Origin: Leptospira sp.
Lineage (GTDB): Bacteria; Spirochaetota; Leptospiria; Leptospirales; Leptospiraceae
Assembly: GCA_034439575.1 (NCBI GenBank)
Contig: JAWXAQ010000010.1
Span: forward strand, 1 to 52,574
Reading direction: 5' to 3'
Length of the DNA: 52,574 nt
Part shown: piece after piece, positions 38,896 to 47,898 of the stretch
How positions within the stretch are numbered: the first letter of the stretch is position 1
Layout: each line of letters begins with the position of its first letter
Translations under genes and position numbers: made by a program
The notes under the pieces: model-generated
Databases searched by the model: none
Told to the model about the DNA's origin: nothing
What the model saw: the letters and a program-made list of their open reading frames with translations, nothing else

Positions 38896-39462
38896 CTAGG
38901 GTTCATCCTGCAATGATTTCCACGCTTCAATCCCCAAATTTCGGAGGGTCTGTATATTATTCGGATATATATCATCGATATTTGGATAATGTTCGACGAC
39001 TTCTTCTATGCTTTCTTCACGTAACAAGTGTAAGATCGGATAGGGAGATCTGTTGACAAAGTTTGCGGGATCATCTGGTTTTCTACCTGCAAATTGGTAA
39101 TCAGGGTGGAAACTAGCGATTTGTAATACGCCTTCTAAGTTAGCTTTACCCAAACGTTCTTCGGCTTCGGCCAAATAATCATTAAAATCTAAAAAACGCG
39201 GAAAAAGATTAGGAATAATGAGAAGGGTAGTTTCTGTTTTTTCTTTTTCTAAATTGAGAAGTAAGTCAAATTCAGAGGTAAGAATTTGGCCCAATTCTTT
39301 TTTGGAAGTGGTGAGAGTCACAGCAAAACGAATTTGATTTTTTATAAATACGGATTTTGCAAAGGGACAAAGATTTAGTCCTATGACTATTTTTTCCAGC
39401 CATGATTTTGTTTTTTGGATAATTATATTTTCATTATTTTCGGAAGGGGTATTGGTTGGCAT
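38896..39462 (-). CDS. DUF1415-family protein
   Basis: VIGLNLCPFA, ETTLLI, QIASFHPDYQF, NRSPYPILHLLRE. Confidence 0.88.
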   Translation of the reverse strand: MPTNTPSENNENIIIQKTKSWLEKIVIGLNLCPFAKSVFIKNQIRFAVTLTTSKKELGQILTSEFDLLLNLEKEKTETTLLIIPNLFPRFLDFNDYLAEAEERLGKANLEGVLQIASFHPDYQFAGRKPDDPANFVNRSPYPILHLLREESIEEVVEHYPNIDDIYPNNIQTLRNLGIEAWKSLQDEP

Positions 39463-39561
39463 AATTTAGAACTATCAAAAACCGAGATTCTCCCAAAATG
39501 AAAGTATGTGACCACTCGGTCATGCAACATATCTCCTATCTTAGGTTTTAGAAATATTTTT

Positions 39562-39680
39562 GCGTCAAGGATACGAAGGGCTCGGTCTGCCAGAGGCAGA
39601 CGGAAGCGTAAGCGAACCCCGAAGTAGCCTGTCCCTTTATTATATTAAATAACATTATTCTTTAGGATTGGGGACGCCCA
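39562..39680 (+). ncRNA. Flavo-1-like structured RNA / dispersed repeat element
   Basis: GC-rich patch with complementary termini GCGTC...GACGC, an internal hairpin GTCTGCC-AGA-GGCAGAC and a GC-GTAA-GC tetraloop. The layout GCGTcAaGGAT...AGCCtGtCCC...GGGACGCCC resembles the Flavo-1 motif as recalled; not searched. Confidence 0.6.
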
Positions 39681-39842
39681 GATCATTAAATTAGCCCCAC
39701 CAAAACTTTGTTTAGTGAAAAACTAATAAAGGAGCTTTTAAAAATCTGATTGACTAAGAAGGTTAAAATAACGTTTTTAACGAAGACCTAACAAATATAG
39801 GTTTATTCTGATTCAAAAAGAAATCAATCAACGGAGTTTAAA

Positions 39843-40169
39843 ATGAGAAAAAACAAAATGGTAGAAAAATTTCTACTCGCCCTTCTATTTTCCGGAATAG
39901 TTACGGTTCAGTGTAGTTCGACAGGATTTGGACCTCAAGGAGCTATTTTTACTTCTACAAAAATCGGTGTACACGGAATCTCCAATTCTGGTGCTAAAAC
40001 TGGATCCGCTTGTACGTTTTCCATTTTAGGTTTAGTTGCATTAGGTGATGGTAGTGTTAATGCTGCTGCAAGTTCTGGTGGAATCATGAAGGTAAACTCT
40101 ATTGATTTAGAAGGATTTTCCATTCTTGGTTTATTCAGTAAACAGTGCACAGTCATAAGGGGAGACTAA
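39843..40169 (+). CDS. TRL-like family lipoprotein 1
   Basis: Lipoprotein-like signal (TVQC); KTGSAC..SILGLVALGDGSV..AA...GI...CTVIRG; GGAG SD. Confidence 0.85.
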   Translation: MRKNKMVEKFLLALLFSGIVTVQCSSTGFGPQGAIFTSTKIGVHGISNSGAKTGSACTFSILGLVALGDGSVNAAASSGGIMKVNSIDLEGFSILGLFSKQCTVIRGD

Positions 40170-40170
40170 G

Positions 40171-40500
40171 ATGTTTCAAAAAGTAGCACAATTGATAGGC
40201 ATGGGTATGCTGACATTGATGCTCGGCAACTGTTATGCAGTCACTTTAGGTAATCCTGGTACTACTTACTTTTATAGCGATGGAAAATCTAGCTTTAGTG
40301 CAACTGGTTTTGAAGTAACAGATGTTGAAGGGGAAGCTTGTGCAAGGTCTATCTTCGCTCTCGTTTCTTTTGGCGACGCATCAGTTGGCACAGCAGCAAA
40401 TAAAGTAGCGATAAAAAATATTAGAAGTGTTTCACATAGGTTTTATCCCAATTGGTTTGGCTTACATACCTTTTGCACTGTGGTAAGAGGCTCAAGATGA
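40171..40500 (+). CDS. TRL-like family lipoprotein 2
   Basis: LGNC lipobox-like; GEACARSIFALVSFGDASV..AA...I...CTVVRG. Confidence 0.85.
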   Translation: MFQKVAQLIGMGMLTLMLGNCYAVTLGNPGTTYFYSDGKSSFSATGFEVTDVEGEACARSIFALVSFGDASVGTAANKVAIKNIRSVSHRFYPNWFGLHTFCTVVRGSR

Positions 40501-41027
40501 AAAATGTTAAAATATTCGGTTTAATTATTTCGGTTGGTATTATCATGAATGCTTGCATTACGATTGGATATCCAACAGGCTTTGGACCACAAGGTGGCCT
40601 TTTTAGTTCCACTAAACAAGGCTTAGGTAGTAACGGAAAATTGGATGGGTCAATGAGCGGATCGGCATGTGTTCATAGTATATTATACTTGGCAACAATC
40701 GGCGACGGGTCTGCAGAAAAAGCAGCGATCAACGGTAGCATTACAAATATCTATACTGTTAACAGAACCACATTAAATATATTATCTCTATATACAAATT
40801 TGTGTACTGTAGTAACGGGTGATAATTCACCGATCAGAGGAGCCAATTCTGGCGGTGTAGACAATAGTGCTAACTTCAATGATGTTGTGACTATGAAAAA
40901 TGGAGAAGTATTAACGAACGTTAAAGCGGCTGTGACTGCTGATTCAATCGTTATTGTTTCTGCTGATGGAAAAACACTCGTTTATAAAAAAAGCGAAGTG
41001 AAAGGTATCAAAAAGAACGCTAAATAG
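40497..41027 (+). CDS. TRL-like family lipoprotein 3 with an extra C-terminal small beta domain
   Basis: ATG at 40497 overlaps the previous stop (ATGA); MNAC lipobox-like; GSACVHSILYL...GDGS...CTVVTG; tail DVVTMKNGEVL...YKKSEVKGI. Confidence 0.82.
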   Translation: MKNVKIFGLIISVGIIMNACITIGYPTGFGPQGGLFSSTKQGLGSNGKLDGSMSGSACVHSILYLATIGDGSAEKAAINGSITNIYTVNRTTLNILSLYTNLCTVVTGDNSPIRGANSGGVDNSANFNDVVTMKNGEVLTNVKAAVTADSIVIVSADGKTLVYKKSEVKGIKKNAK

Positions 41028-41035
41028 TTCGATTA

Positions 41036-41078
41036 CCTGCAAATCTAATTTGAGTTTTAATTCGAAAAGATTTGCAGG
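41036..41078 (+). terminator. Hairpin after the TRL cluster
   Basis: CCTGCAAATCT-N21-AGATTTGCAGG, an 11-bp perfect stem followed by T-rich sequence. Confidence 0.55.
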
Positions 41079-41214
41079 CAATTTTCAATTTTAAAAATTA
41101 ATTTTTAGTTTGATTCTAAATTTTCTATCTTTTTTCTTTAATATGATCCAGCCGATGATTCAACCTGAATCGTAAATGAGTTGATAATTCTTAAAATTTT
41201 TAGATTCTTTAACA

Positions 41215-41922
41215 ATGAAATTTCGTTATCAGATTTTTGCTTTTTCATTTATACTCATCTCGTTACTTTTACCTCTGACTATCATATTTCCTTGTGAACC
41301 TTATGATCCGATTTTTATGAAATTGGAAGACAAGTCAAAATCAGATGTATCCTTTATGGAATTCAAATCGAGACTTCAGAAAGCAATTAAGGAAAAAGAT
41401 GTAAAATTCATTAATAGTATAACAAGCAATGATATCTCATTTGCCTTTGAAGAAGGTGGCTTTGGTAAAAAAGCTTTTTTAAAAAGTTGGAACCTTGATA
41501 AAAATCCCAAGACATCAAATTTTTGGGAAACCTTGTCGCAAACAATCAATTTGGGATTCAATTTTAAAGATGAACTTTGGACAGCACCATATTTGTTTAA
41601 TTCCTATCCTGAGTCCGTTGATCCATACTCTCAATCATTAATTATTGGGAATACAGTAAACATAAGAGATAAACCAAGTGCCAAAGGAAAGATTCTAACG
41701 CAACTTAGTTGGGAGTTCGTGAAAAATGAATATGAAGAGAATCCAGCGACTGAAAACAAAATGCCAGGTGAACCTTGCCGGTGGCAGAAAGTATGTTTAT
41801 CAGATGGGCAAACGGGTTACATTTGTGAACAATTTTTGAGAAGTCCTTTTGAGTATCGTGTAGGTTTCCAAAAAACAAATAACAAATATATGATGATATT
41901 TTTTACGACTGGATCTGACTGA
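41215..41922 (+). CDS. Exported SH3-domain protein
   Basis: Signal-like N-terminus; VNIRDKPS...WQKV.LSDGQTGYI..QFLRSP SH3b pattern. Confidence 0.72.
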   Translation: MKFRYQIFAFSFILISLLLPLTIIFPCEPYDPIFMKLEDKSKSDVSFMEFKSRLQKAIKEKDVKFINSITSNDISFAFEEGGFGKKAFLKSWNLDKNPKTSNFWETLSQTINLGFNFKDELWTAPYLFNSYPESVDPYSQSLIIGNTVNIRDKPSAKGKILTQLSWEFVKNEYEENPATENKMPGEPCRWQKVCLSDGQTGYICEQFLRSPFEYRVGFQKTNNKYMMIFFTTGSD

Positions 41923-41923
41923 A

Positions 41924-42643
41924 TTGTTAGGTGGTAATAAAAATATTATCCTTCGTGCTGAAAATTTAAAAAAAACTTACCAAATGGGCGAGGTAACTCT
42001 TGTCGCATTACATTCCGTAAATATAGAAATAACCAAAGGTGAATTGATAGTAATTCTCGGACCATCTGGAAGCGGAAAATCTACTCTTTTAAATATTTTG
42101 GGTGCATTAGATACTCCTTCTGAAGGAAAAGTTTATTTTGAAGGAGATGATATATCTAAAGGCAATGATGATGATTTAACCTTATTTAGGCGTGAACATG
42201 TTGGATTTGTATTTCAATTCTATAATTTGATTCCGAGTCTTACCGCAAAAGAAAATGTTCAATTGGTAACTGACTTAACCAAAAAATCTATGTTAGCAGA
42301 AGATGCATTGAAATTAGTGGATTTAGGTGATCGGGTAAATCATTTTCCTTCCCAGATGTCAGGAGGACAGCAACAGAGAGTCGCAATTGCAAGGGCAATT
42401 GCTAAAAAACCTGATCTATTATTATGTGATGAACCAACCGGAGCATTGGATTTCAAAACTGGGAAAATCGTCTTGGATGCATTAGCAAAAGTTAACGTAG
42501 AATTAGGAACTACAACAATAATCATTACGCATAATGAGACGATCGCACAGATTGCTGATCGTATCATATTAGTAAAAGATGGGACCATTGTATCTGATGT
42601 TAAAAATAAGAAAAAATTAAGAACGGAAGATATTTCTTGGTAA
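41924..42643 (+). CDS. ABC transporter ATP-binding protein (LolD/MacB-like)
   Basis: GPSGSGKST, FVFQFYNL, MSGGQQQRVAIARA, CDEPTGALD, ITH. Confidence 0.95.
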   Translation: MLGGNKNIILRAENLKKTYQMGEVTLVALHSVNIEITKGELIVILGPSGSGKSTLLNILGALDTPSEGKVYFEGDDISKGNDDDLTLFRREHVGFVFQFYNLIPSLTAKENVQLVTDLTKKSMLAEDALKLVDLGDRVNHFPSQMSGGQQQRVAIARAIAKKPDLLLCDEPTGALDFKTGKIVLDALAKVNVELGTTTIIITHNETIAQIADRIILVKDGTIVSDVKNKKKLRTEDISW

Positions 42644-44982
42644 AAGCGCTTAACATTAAATTGATAAGAGATCTTAATCAATTAAAGTTTCAAGCATTAT
42701 CAATTGGTTGTGTCATATTATCTGGAATCGCATATCTCGTTGGCTCATGGTCCTCATATTCTTCATTGTTAAATGCTAAGGAGAAATTTTATTCAGAAGA
42801 AAAACTTATGACTAGTTTTGCCAACCTGAATCGGGCACCAAATTATATTTCAAATAAAATCGCAAACTTACATGGAGTGGATATAATAGAAACTAGGAAT
42901 GCAGAAGAAGTTGTATTGGACTTTCCAAATGAAATATATCCTTCCTCAGCACACTTGGTTACTCTTACTGAAAAATTGAATTTAGTAAAATTACAATCTG
43001 GTAAAATGCCCGAAGGGGACAGAGAGGTTATTGTAAATGAAAGTTTTGCATTGGCAAATCAATTTGTGCCAGGTTCTACTCTCGTTGCCATAATTGCAGG
43101 AAATCGAACAACTTTAAAAATTTCAGGTATTGGATTGTCACCTGACTTTGTTTATGTTTTTAGTCCGGCAAGTATATTTCCAGATAACAAACATTATGGT
43201 ATATTATGGATGAATCGAGATGCAATCGATGAGGCCCTCGATCGAAAGGGGACGTTTAATCAAATTATACTTAAGGATTCATTGCCAATCGAGAAAAAAG
43301 ATATTTTATTAAAATCTATAGATGAAATTTTAAAACCATATGGTGGAAACAGTGCTAGTGATATAAATAAATTGCCTTCTGCCTCATTTTTAAATGATGA
43401 GTTTAAGCAATTACGAACCACAGCCTTATTTTTACCTGCGATATTTCTTGGTGTCGCTGCATTTTTGTTACATATTGTATCCAGTCGACTTATTTCGAAA
43501 GAAAGAGAACAGATTGCCACATTAAAGGCATTAGGTTATTCGAATTTTACTATCAGTATTCATTATTTAAAATTAATATCGTCTATAACTAGCATTAGTT
43601 CTCTGTTAGGTGTGTTTTTGGGATTTTATTTAGGTAAAGTACTTACTAAATTATATGGAGAATACTATCGATTTCCTGATTTGACAGTCGTTTATCCAAT
43701 AGAATTAGTTTTTATAGGATTATTGATTGGTTTAGCTTTTGGTGCAATCGGATCATTTATTTCTCTTTCTGAAATCGTAAAATTAGATCCGGCAACAGCA
43801 ATGAAACCACCGTCCCCTGAAAATTTTAGACTTAATTTATTTGAAATTTATTTACCGAAAATATCCTCGCAAGGAAAAATGATCTTTCGAAATCTTTTCA
43901 AAAAGCCGATTCGTACTACACTTACTATCATTGGCCTTGCAACTTCCGTTATGATTATGATCATTGGCAGTTTCATTCAAGATACTGTCTCTTTTTTACT
44001 CGAGATTCAATTTGAAAAAGTACAAAGGGAATCTATGAATATTATTTTTAGAAATCCTGTGAATCATAATGTTATTTACGAATTTATGAAAATGAATGGA
44101 ATAATGGACATCGAAGGTGCTCGTATAGTTCCTGTTAAGTTGAAGATAAAAAACAAAACTAAAAATTCTATAATTTTTGGTTTTCCCATTAATTCTCAGC
44201 TTCGGAGGAGTGTCGATTTAAATAATAGAATCACAAATATCCCTTTCGATGGTATTTTATTGAATGAGACGGTCGCTAAGAATTTTAATATTAAAGTTGG
44301 TGATAAAATTCTAATACAAATTTTAGAAGGAAAACAAAGCGAAAGAGAAGTAAGGGTTGTTAATTTGGTCAATGAGTTCATCGGACAAGGAATTTATATG
44401 AATCGCCGAGAGCTTAATAAACTTTTAGATGAAGGGGATGTAATTAATCAAATCTTCGTAAAAATAGATACACTATCAGAATCAGATTTGATACGAGATA
44501 TTAAAGAAATGCCGACAGTGGCTAGTTTGTTGAGTAAAACTGGAACATTAAAGGCTTTTAAAGAAATTCTAAATCGAACTTTACAATCCACTTCACTTGT
44601 AATTTTACTATTTACTTCGATAATTTCAATTGGAGTTGTTTTTAACACAGCTATGATTGTATTATCTGAACGTACGTATGAATTGGGAAGTTTACGGATT
44701 TTGGGATTCTCAAATAGAGAAGTATTTTTGATATTGATTTCTGAAATATCTGTCTTAGTAATAATTTCAATACCAATCGGCTGTTTGATGGGATATAAAG
44801 TATCAAATTATATTATCAATATGAATGATACAGAAGGATTTAAAATCCCTGCGATTATCAATTTTGGAACTTATTTTTATTCAATATCTTTGACTATTTT
44901 TACTTCTGGTATAAGCTTTGTTATGTTATTTTTTAAATTGAAAAATTTGGATTTGCTCAGTGCATTAAAGGTAAGGGAATAA
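42637..44982 (+). CDS. ABC transporter permease (duplicated FtsX/MacB-type)
   Basis: Two periplasmic/FtsX repeats (REQIATLKALGYS; ERTYELGSLRILGFS); ends LKVRE. Confidence 0.9.
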   Translation: MVKALNIKLIRDLNQLKFQALSIGCVILSGIAYLVGSWSSYSSLLNAKEKFYSEEKLMTSFANLNRAPNYISNKIANLHGVDIIETRNAEEVVLDFPNEIYPSSAHLVTLTEKLNLVKLQSGKMPEGDREVIVNESFALANQFVPGSTLVAIIAGNRTTLKISGIGLSPDFVYVFSPASIFPDNKHYGILWMNRDAIDEALDRKGTFNQIILKDSLPIEKKDILLKSIDEILKPYGGNSASDINKLPSASFLNDEFKQLRTTALFLPAIFLGVAAFLLHIVSSRLISKEREQIATLKALGYSNFTISIHYLKLISSITSISSLLGVFLGFYLGKVLTKLYGEYYRFPDLTVVYPIELVFIGLLIGLAFGAIGSFISLSEIVKLDPATAMKPPSPENFRLNLFEIYLPKISSQGKMIFRNLFKKPIRTTLTIIGLATSVMIMIIGSFIQDTVSFLLEIQFEKVQRESMNIIFRNPVNHNVIYEFMKMNGIMDIEGARIVPVKLKIKNKTKNSIIFGFPINSQLRRSVDLNNRITNIPFDGILLNETVAKNFNIKVGDKILIQILEGKQSEREVRVVNLVNEFIGQGIYMNRRELNKLLDEGDVINQIFVKIDTLSESDLIRDIKEMPTVASLLSKTGTLKAFKEILNRTLQSTSLVILLFTSIISIGVVFNTAMIVLSERTYELGSLRILGFSNREVFLILISEISVLVIISIPIGCLMGYKVSNYIINMNDTEGFKIPAIINFGTYFYSISLTIFTSGISFVMLFFKLKNLDLLSALKVRE

Positions 44983-44985
44983 TAA

Positions 44986-45864
44986 ATGAATTTTACCAGG
45001 CTTAAAGAACTTTTGATTAATAAAAACTTAAAAATCGTATCTGGAATTTTGATTTTGTTATTTGTTGGATATCTTATTTTTAAACCAAAACCCAAACAAG
45101 TGCAATTTGCAGAAGTCACAAATGGTACATATCAAAATATTTTAAAAGAACAATGTATCACGCATATCAAAGAAATGTTTACCTTGTTTTCTCCAGTCAA
45201 TGGGATTCTCCGAAGAATTCAAAAACATACAGGTGAAAAAATAAAAAAGGGTGAAGTTTTAGCAGAAGTAGATTGGGATAATTTACGAAAAGTTAAATCT
45301 CCAACTAATGGCAGAATATTGAAAATTTATCGCGATAGTGAAGGTCCAGTCATGATGGGTGAGAAATTAATGGACGTTGGTGATACAAGTGAAATGGAAA
45401 TTACCGCTTATTTACTCACAGAAGATACGACTTTTTTGAATATAAAAGATAAAGTTATTTTATCTGGTTACGGTGAAAAAGAATTTTATGGTGAGGTAAA
45501 TATTATCGAGCCGTCTGCAATTACAAAAATATCCTCGTTAGGTGTTGAGGAACAAAGAGTCCCGATAAAAATTTCCTTTAATTCTCCTGAAGGTATGGGA
45601 GACGGCTATGAATTGGAATGTAAAATTATTTTGTTTGAAAAGACAAATTCTATTCTCGTGCCCACTAGTGCTCTTTTTCGAATAGAGCAAGACTGGGCAG
45701 TATTTGTTGTAGAGAAAAAAAGAGCAAGGCTTAGAATTGTTAAAATTGAAAGTCATAGTTCTGGAATAGCAAACGTTAGTGAGGGATTAAAATCCGGAGA
45801 AACGGTAATCCTTTTCCCAGGAGAATCTATCGTTGATGGATCGCGCGTTATTGATGAAGATTAA
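44986..45864 (+). CDS. Periplasmic adaptor / membrane fusion protein (short MacA-like)
   Basis: N-terminal TM, lipoyl halves (SPVNG...VKSPTNG), SSLGVEEQRV, VPTSALF, EGLKSGETVI. Confidence 0.88.
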   Translation: MNFTRLKELLINKNLKIVSGILILLFVGYLIFKPKPKQVQFAEVTNGTYQNILKEQCITHIKEMFTLFSPVNGILRRIQKHTGEKIKKGEVLAEVDWDNLRKVKSPTNGRILKIYRDSEGPVMMGEKLMDVGDTSEMEITAYLLTEDTTFLNIKDKVILSGYGEKEFYGEVNIIEPSAITKISSLGVEEQRVPIKISFNSPEGMGDGYELECKIILFEKTNSILVPTSALFRIEQDWAVFVVEKKRARLRIVKIESHSSGIANVSEGLKSGETVILFPGESIVDGSRVIDED

Positions 45865-46595
45865 AAAGGTGGAAGTCTTTTGAAAATAAATTCTGGGATC
45901 ATTTTAATAAAAAGCATAATAAATTGCCAAGGCCAATAGATATAAACTTCTCCTTTTCCTTTCAGACCTGCATTTATAATTTTTTCTGCGGCCATCTCAG
46001 GTTTTAAAGTTAATATAGGCAATAAGTTATGACCTTCAGACATTTTCGTATAAACAGGCCCTAGCAAAACGGTTGTTATGGATACTTTATATGAAAATAG
46101 TCGATTTCTAAGACCAGACAAATAAGTAGTAAGTCCTGCTTTTGTACTCCCATAAATATAATTGAGTTGGCGACCTCGCACTCCAGCGACCGAACTTAGT
46201 ACAACAATTTTTCCCGATTGTAATTTTTGAAATTCGTTCGAAATAATGTTTATTATATTCAAAATACCCGTATAATTTATGTTAATTGTAATTAAAAGTT
46301 CAGATAAATTTTTAGATGCCAGAGTCTGGTCTTCATAATAACCGATGCAACAAACAATTAATTCTGGTTTAGGGGATAGGGATTCATAAAAATCTTTATG
46401 GCTTTCAAAGTTAGTTATATCTAGAAAAAAATTTGTGATTTTGACTGGATATTTAGTTTCAATATCTTTGCTATATGTTGTTAGCAAATCAATATTTCGA
46501 CCAGTCAGGTGCAAGTTGTATCCGCGTTTGGCAAGCCCCAGCGAAATGAATTTTGCAATATCGGATGTCGCTCCGAGAACTAATGCTTGTTTCAA
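45861..46595 (-). CDS. Short-chain dehydrogenase/reductase (DprE2-like)
   Basis: LGATSDIA, SSVAGVRGR, YGSTK catalytic motif, LRNRL, GPVYTKM. Confidence 0.85.
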   Translation of the reverse strand: MKQALVLGATSDIAKFISLGLAKRGYNLHLTGRNIDLLTTYSKDIETKYPVKITNFFLDITNFESHKDFYESLSPKPELIVCCIGYYEDQTLASKNLSELLITININYTGILNIINIISNEFQKLQSGKIVVLSSVAGVRGRQLNYIYGSTKAGLTTYLSGLRNRLFSYKVSITTVLLGPVYTKMSEGHNLLPILTLKPEMAAEKIINAGLKGKGEVYIYWPWQFIMLFIKMIPEFIFKRLPPF

Positions 46596-46704
46596 GTTTT
46601 TGATCCTACTTTTTATTGATCTAGACGGATAATCTTTTTTAGATTAATCCATTCTCAATATTATTTTCTTTTGCTTTTTAGCTTCCCATTTTTTCTTGTA
46701 GGCT

Positions 46705-47886
46705 ATGGAAAAATTTGGCACACCATTTGGATTATCTGCGACAAAACTCGTCTTGCTAGGTTCTGGTGAACTTGGAAAGGAAGTGGCCATTGAAGCACAA
46801 AGATTGGGCATTCACGTAATTGCCATAGATCGATACCCAAATGCTCCCGCAATGCAAGTGGCTCATGAGTTTCGAGTCATCGATATGTTGGATCCGATTA
46901 TATTGGAAAAAACCCTTCGAGAGATTAAACCAGATTTTATCGTTCCTGAAATTGAAGCCATTCATACAGAAACTCTTGTTAAGTTAGAAGCGGATGGGTT
47001 TCGAATCATCCCAAGTGCTAAGGCTGTGAATTTAACAATGAATCGTGAAGGTATTCGCAATTTTGCAAGCATTGAACTCGGAATTAAGACATCTAACTAC
47101 CGATTTGCGGATTCATTTGAAGATTTTCGATCGTATATAAAAGAAATTGGGATTCCATGCGTAGTGAAACCTATTATGAGCTCTTCTGGAAAGGGGCAAA
47201 GTATGATTCGCAATGAAGATGAAATTGAATCTGCATGGGAGTACGGTCAATCAGGGGGAAGGGCAGGGAAAGGACGAATGATAATTGAAGAGTTCATTCC
47301 TTTTGACTTTGAAATTACATTACTAACGATCCGCAGTCAAAATGGCACAAGTTTTCTTTCGCCAATTGGACATAAGCAAGTTAGCGGAGATTATGTGGAA
47401 TCATGGACACCTCAGCCTATGACCGATTTAGCTCTAAAAAAATCTAAAGAAATTGCCGAAAAAGTGACTTCGGGACTTGGCGGTTATGGTATTTTTGGCG
47501 TAGAATTATTTGTAAAGGGAGATGAAGTGTATTTTAGTGAAGTATCACCTAGACCACATGATACAGGTTTGGTGACTTTAATTAGCCAAAATGTTTCTGA
47601 ATTCGCATTGCACGTAAGGGCCTTATTAGGATTACCATTACCCAGTATTGAGACATATGGACCATCTGCTTCGGCCGCTATACTATTTACAGGAAATCAA
47701 AAAGATCCAGTGTTTACAGGTATCAAAAAAGCCTTAGACCAACCGGGGGTTGACCTAAGGTTATTTGGAAAACCAGAAGTCATTGGTAAACGTAGAATGG
47801 GCGTTAGCTTAGCAAAAGGAAAAACAATACAAGAAGCTCGTGAAAAAGCATGTAGTCTAAGAGACAGCATTCAATTGTTAGATTGA
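46705..47886 (+). CDS. purT: Formate-dependent phosphoribosylglycinamide formyltransferase
   Basis: [56 protein letters not shown]. Confidence 0.97.
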   Translation: MEKFGTPFGLSATKLVLLGSGELGKEVAIEAQRLGIHVIAIDRYPNAPAMQVAHEFRVIDMLDPIILEKTLREIKPDFIVPEIEAIHTETLVKLEADGFRIIPSAKAVNLTMNREGIRNFASIELGIKTSNYRFADSFEDFRSYIKEIGIPCVVKPIMSSSGKGQSMIRNEDEIESAWEYGQSGGRAGKGRMIIEEFIPFDFEITLLTIRSQNGTSFLSPIGHKQVSGDYVESWTPQPMTDLALKKSKEIAEKVTSGLGGYGIFGVELFVKGDEVYFSEVSPRPHDTGLVTLISQNVSEFALHVRALLGLPLPSIETYGPSASAAILFTGNQKDPVFTGIKKALDQPGVDLRLFGKPEVIGKRRMGVSLAKGKTIQEAREKACSLRDSIQLLD

Positions 47887-47898
47887 ATGCTGATTAAT

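Noticed and set aside
39562-39680. tRNA, IS end or CRISPR repeat interpretation of the GC-rich patch
   Set aside because: No cloverleaf or T-loop, no transposase nearby, and no repeat-spacer periodicity.
40452-40496. Longer start for TRL-like gene 3
   Set aside because: It overlaps gene 2 and spoils the signal peptide; ATG at 40497 gives ATGA coupling.
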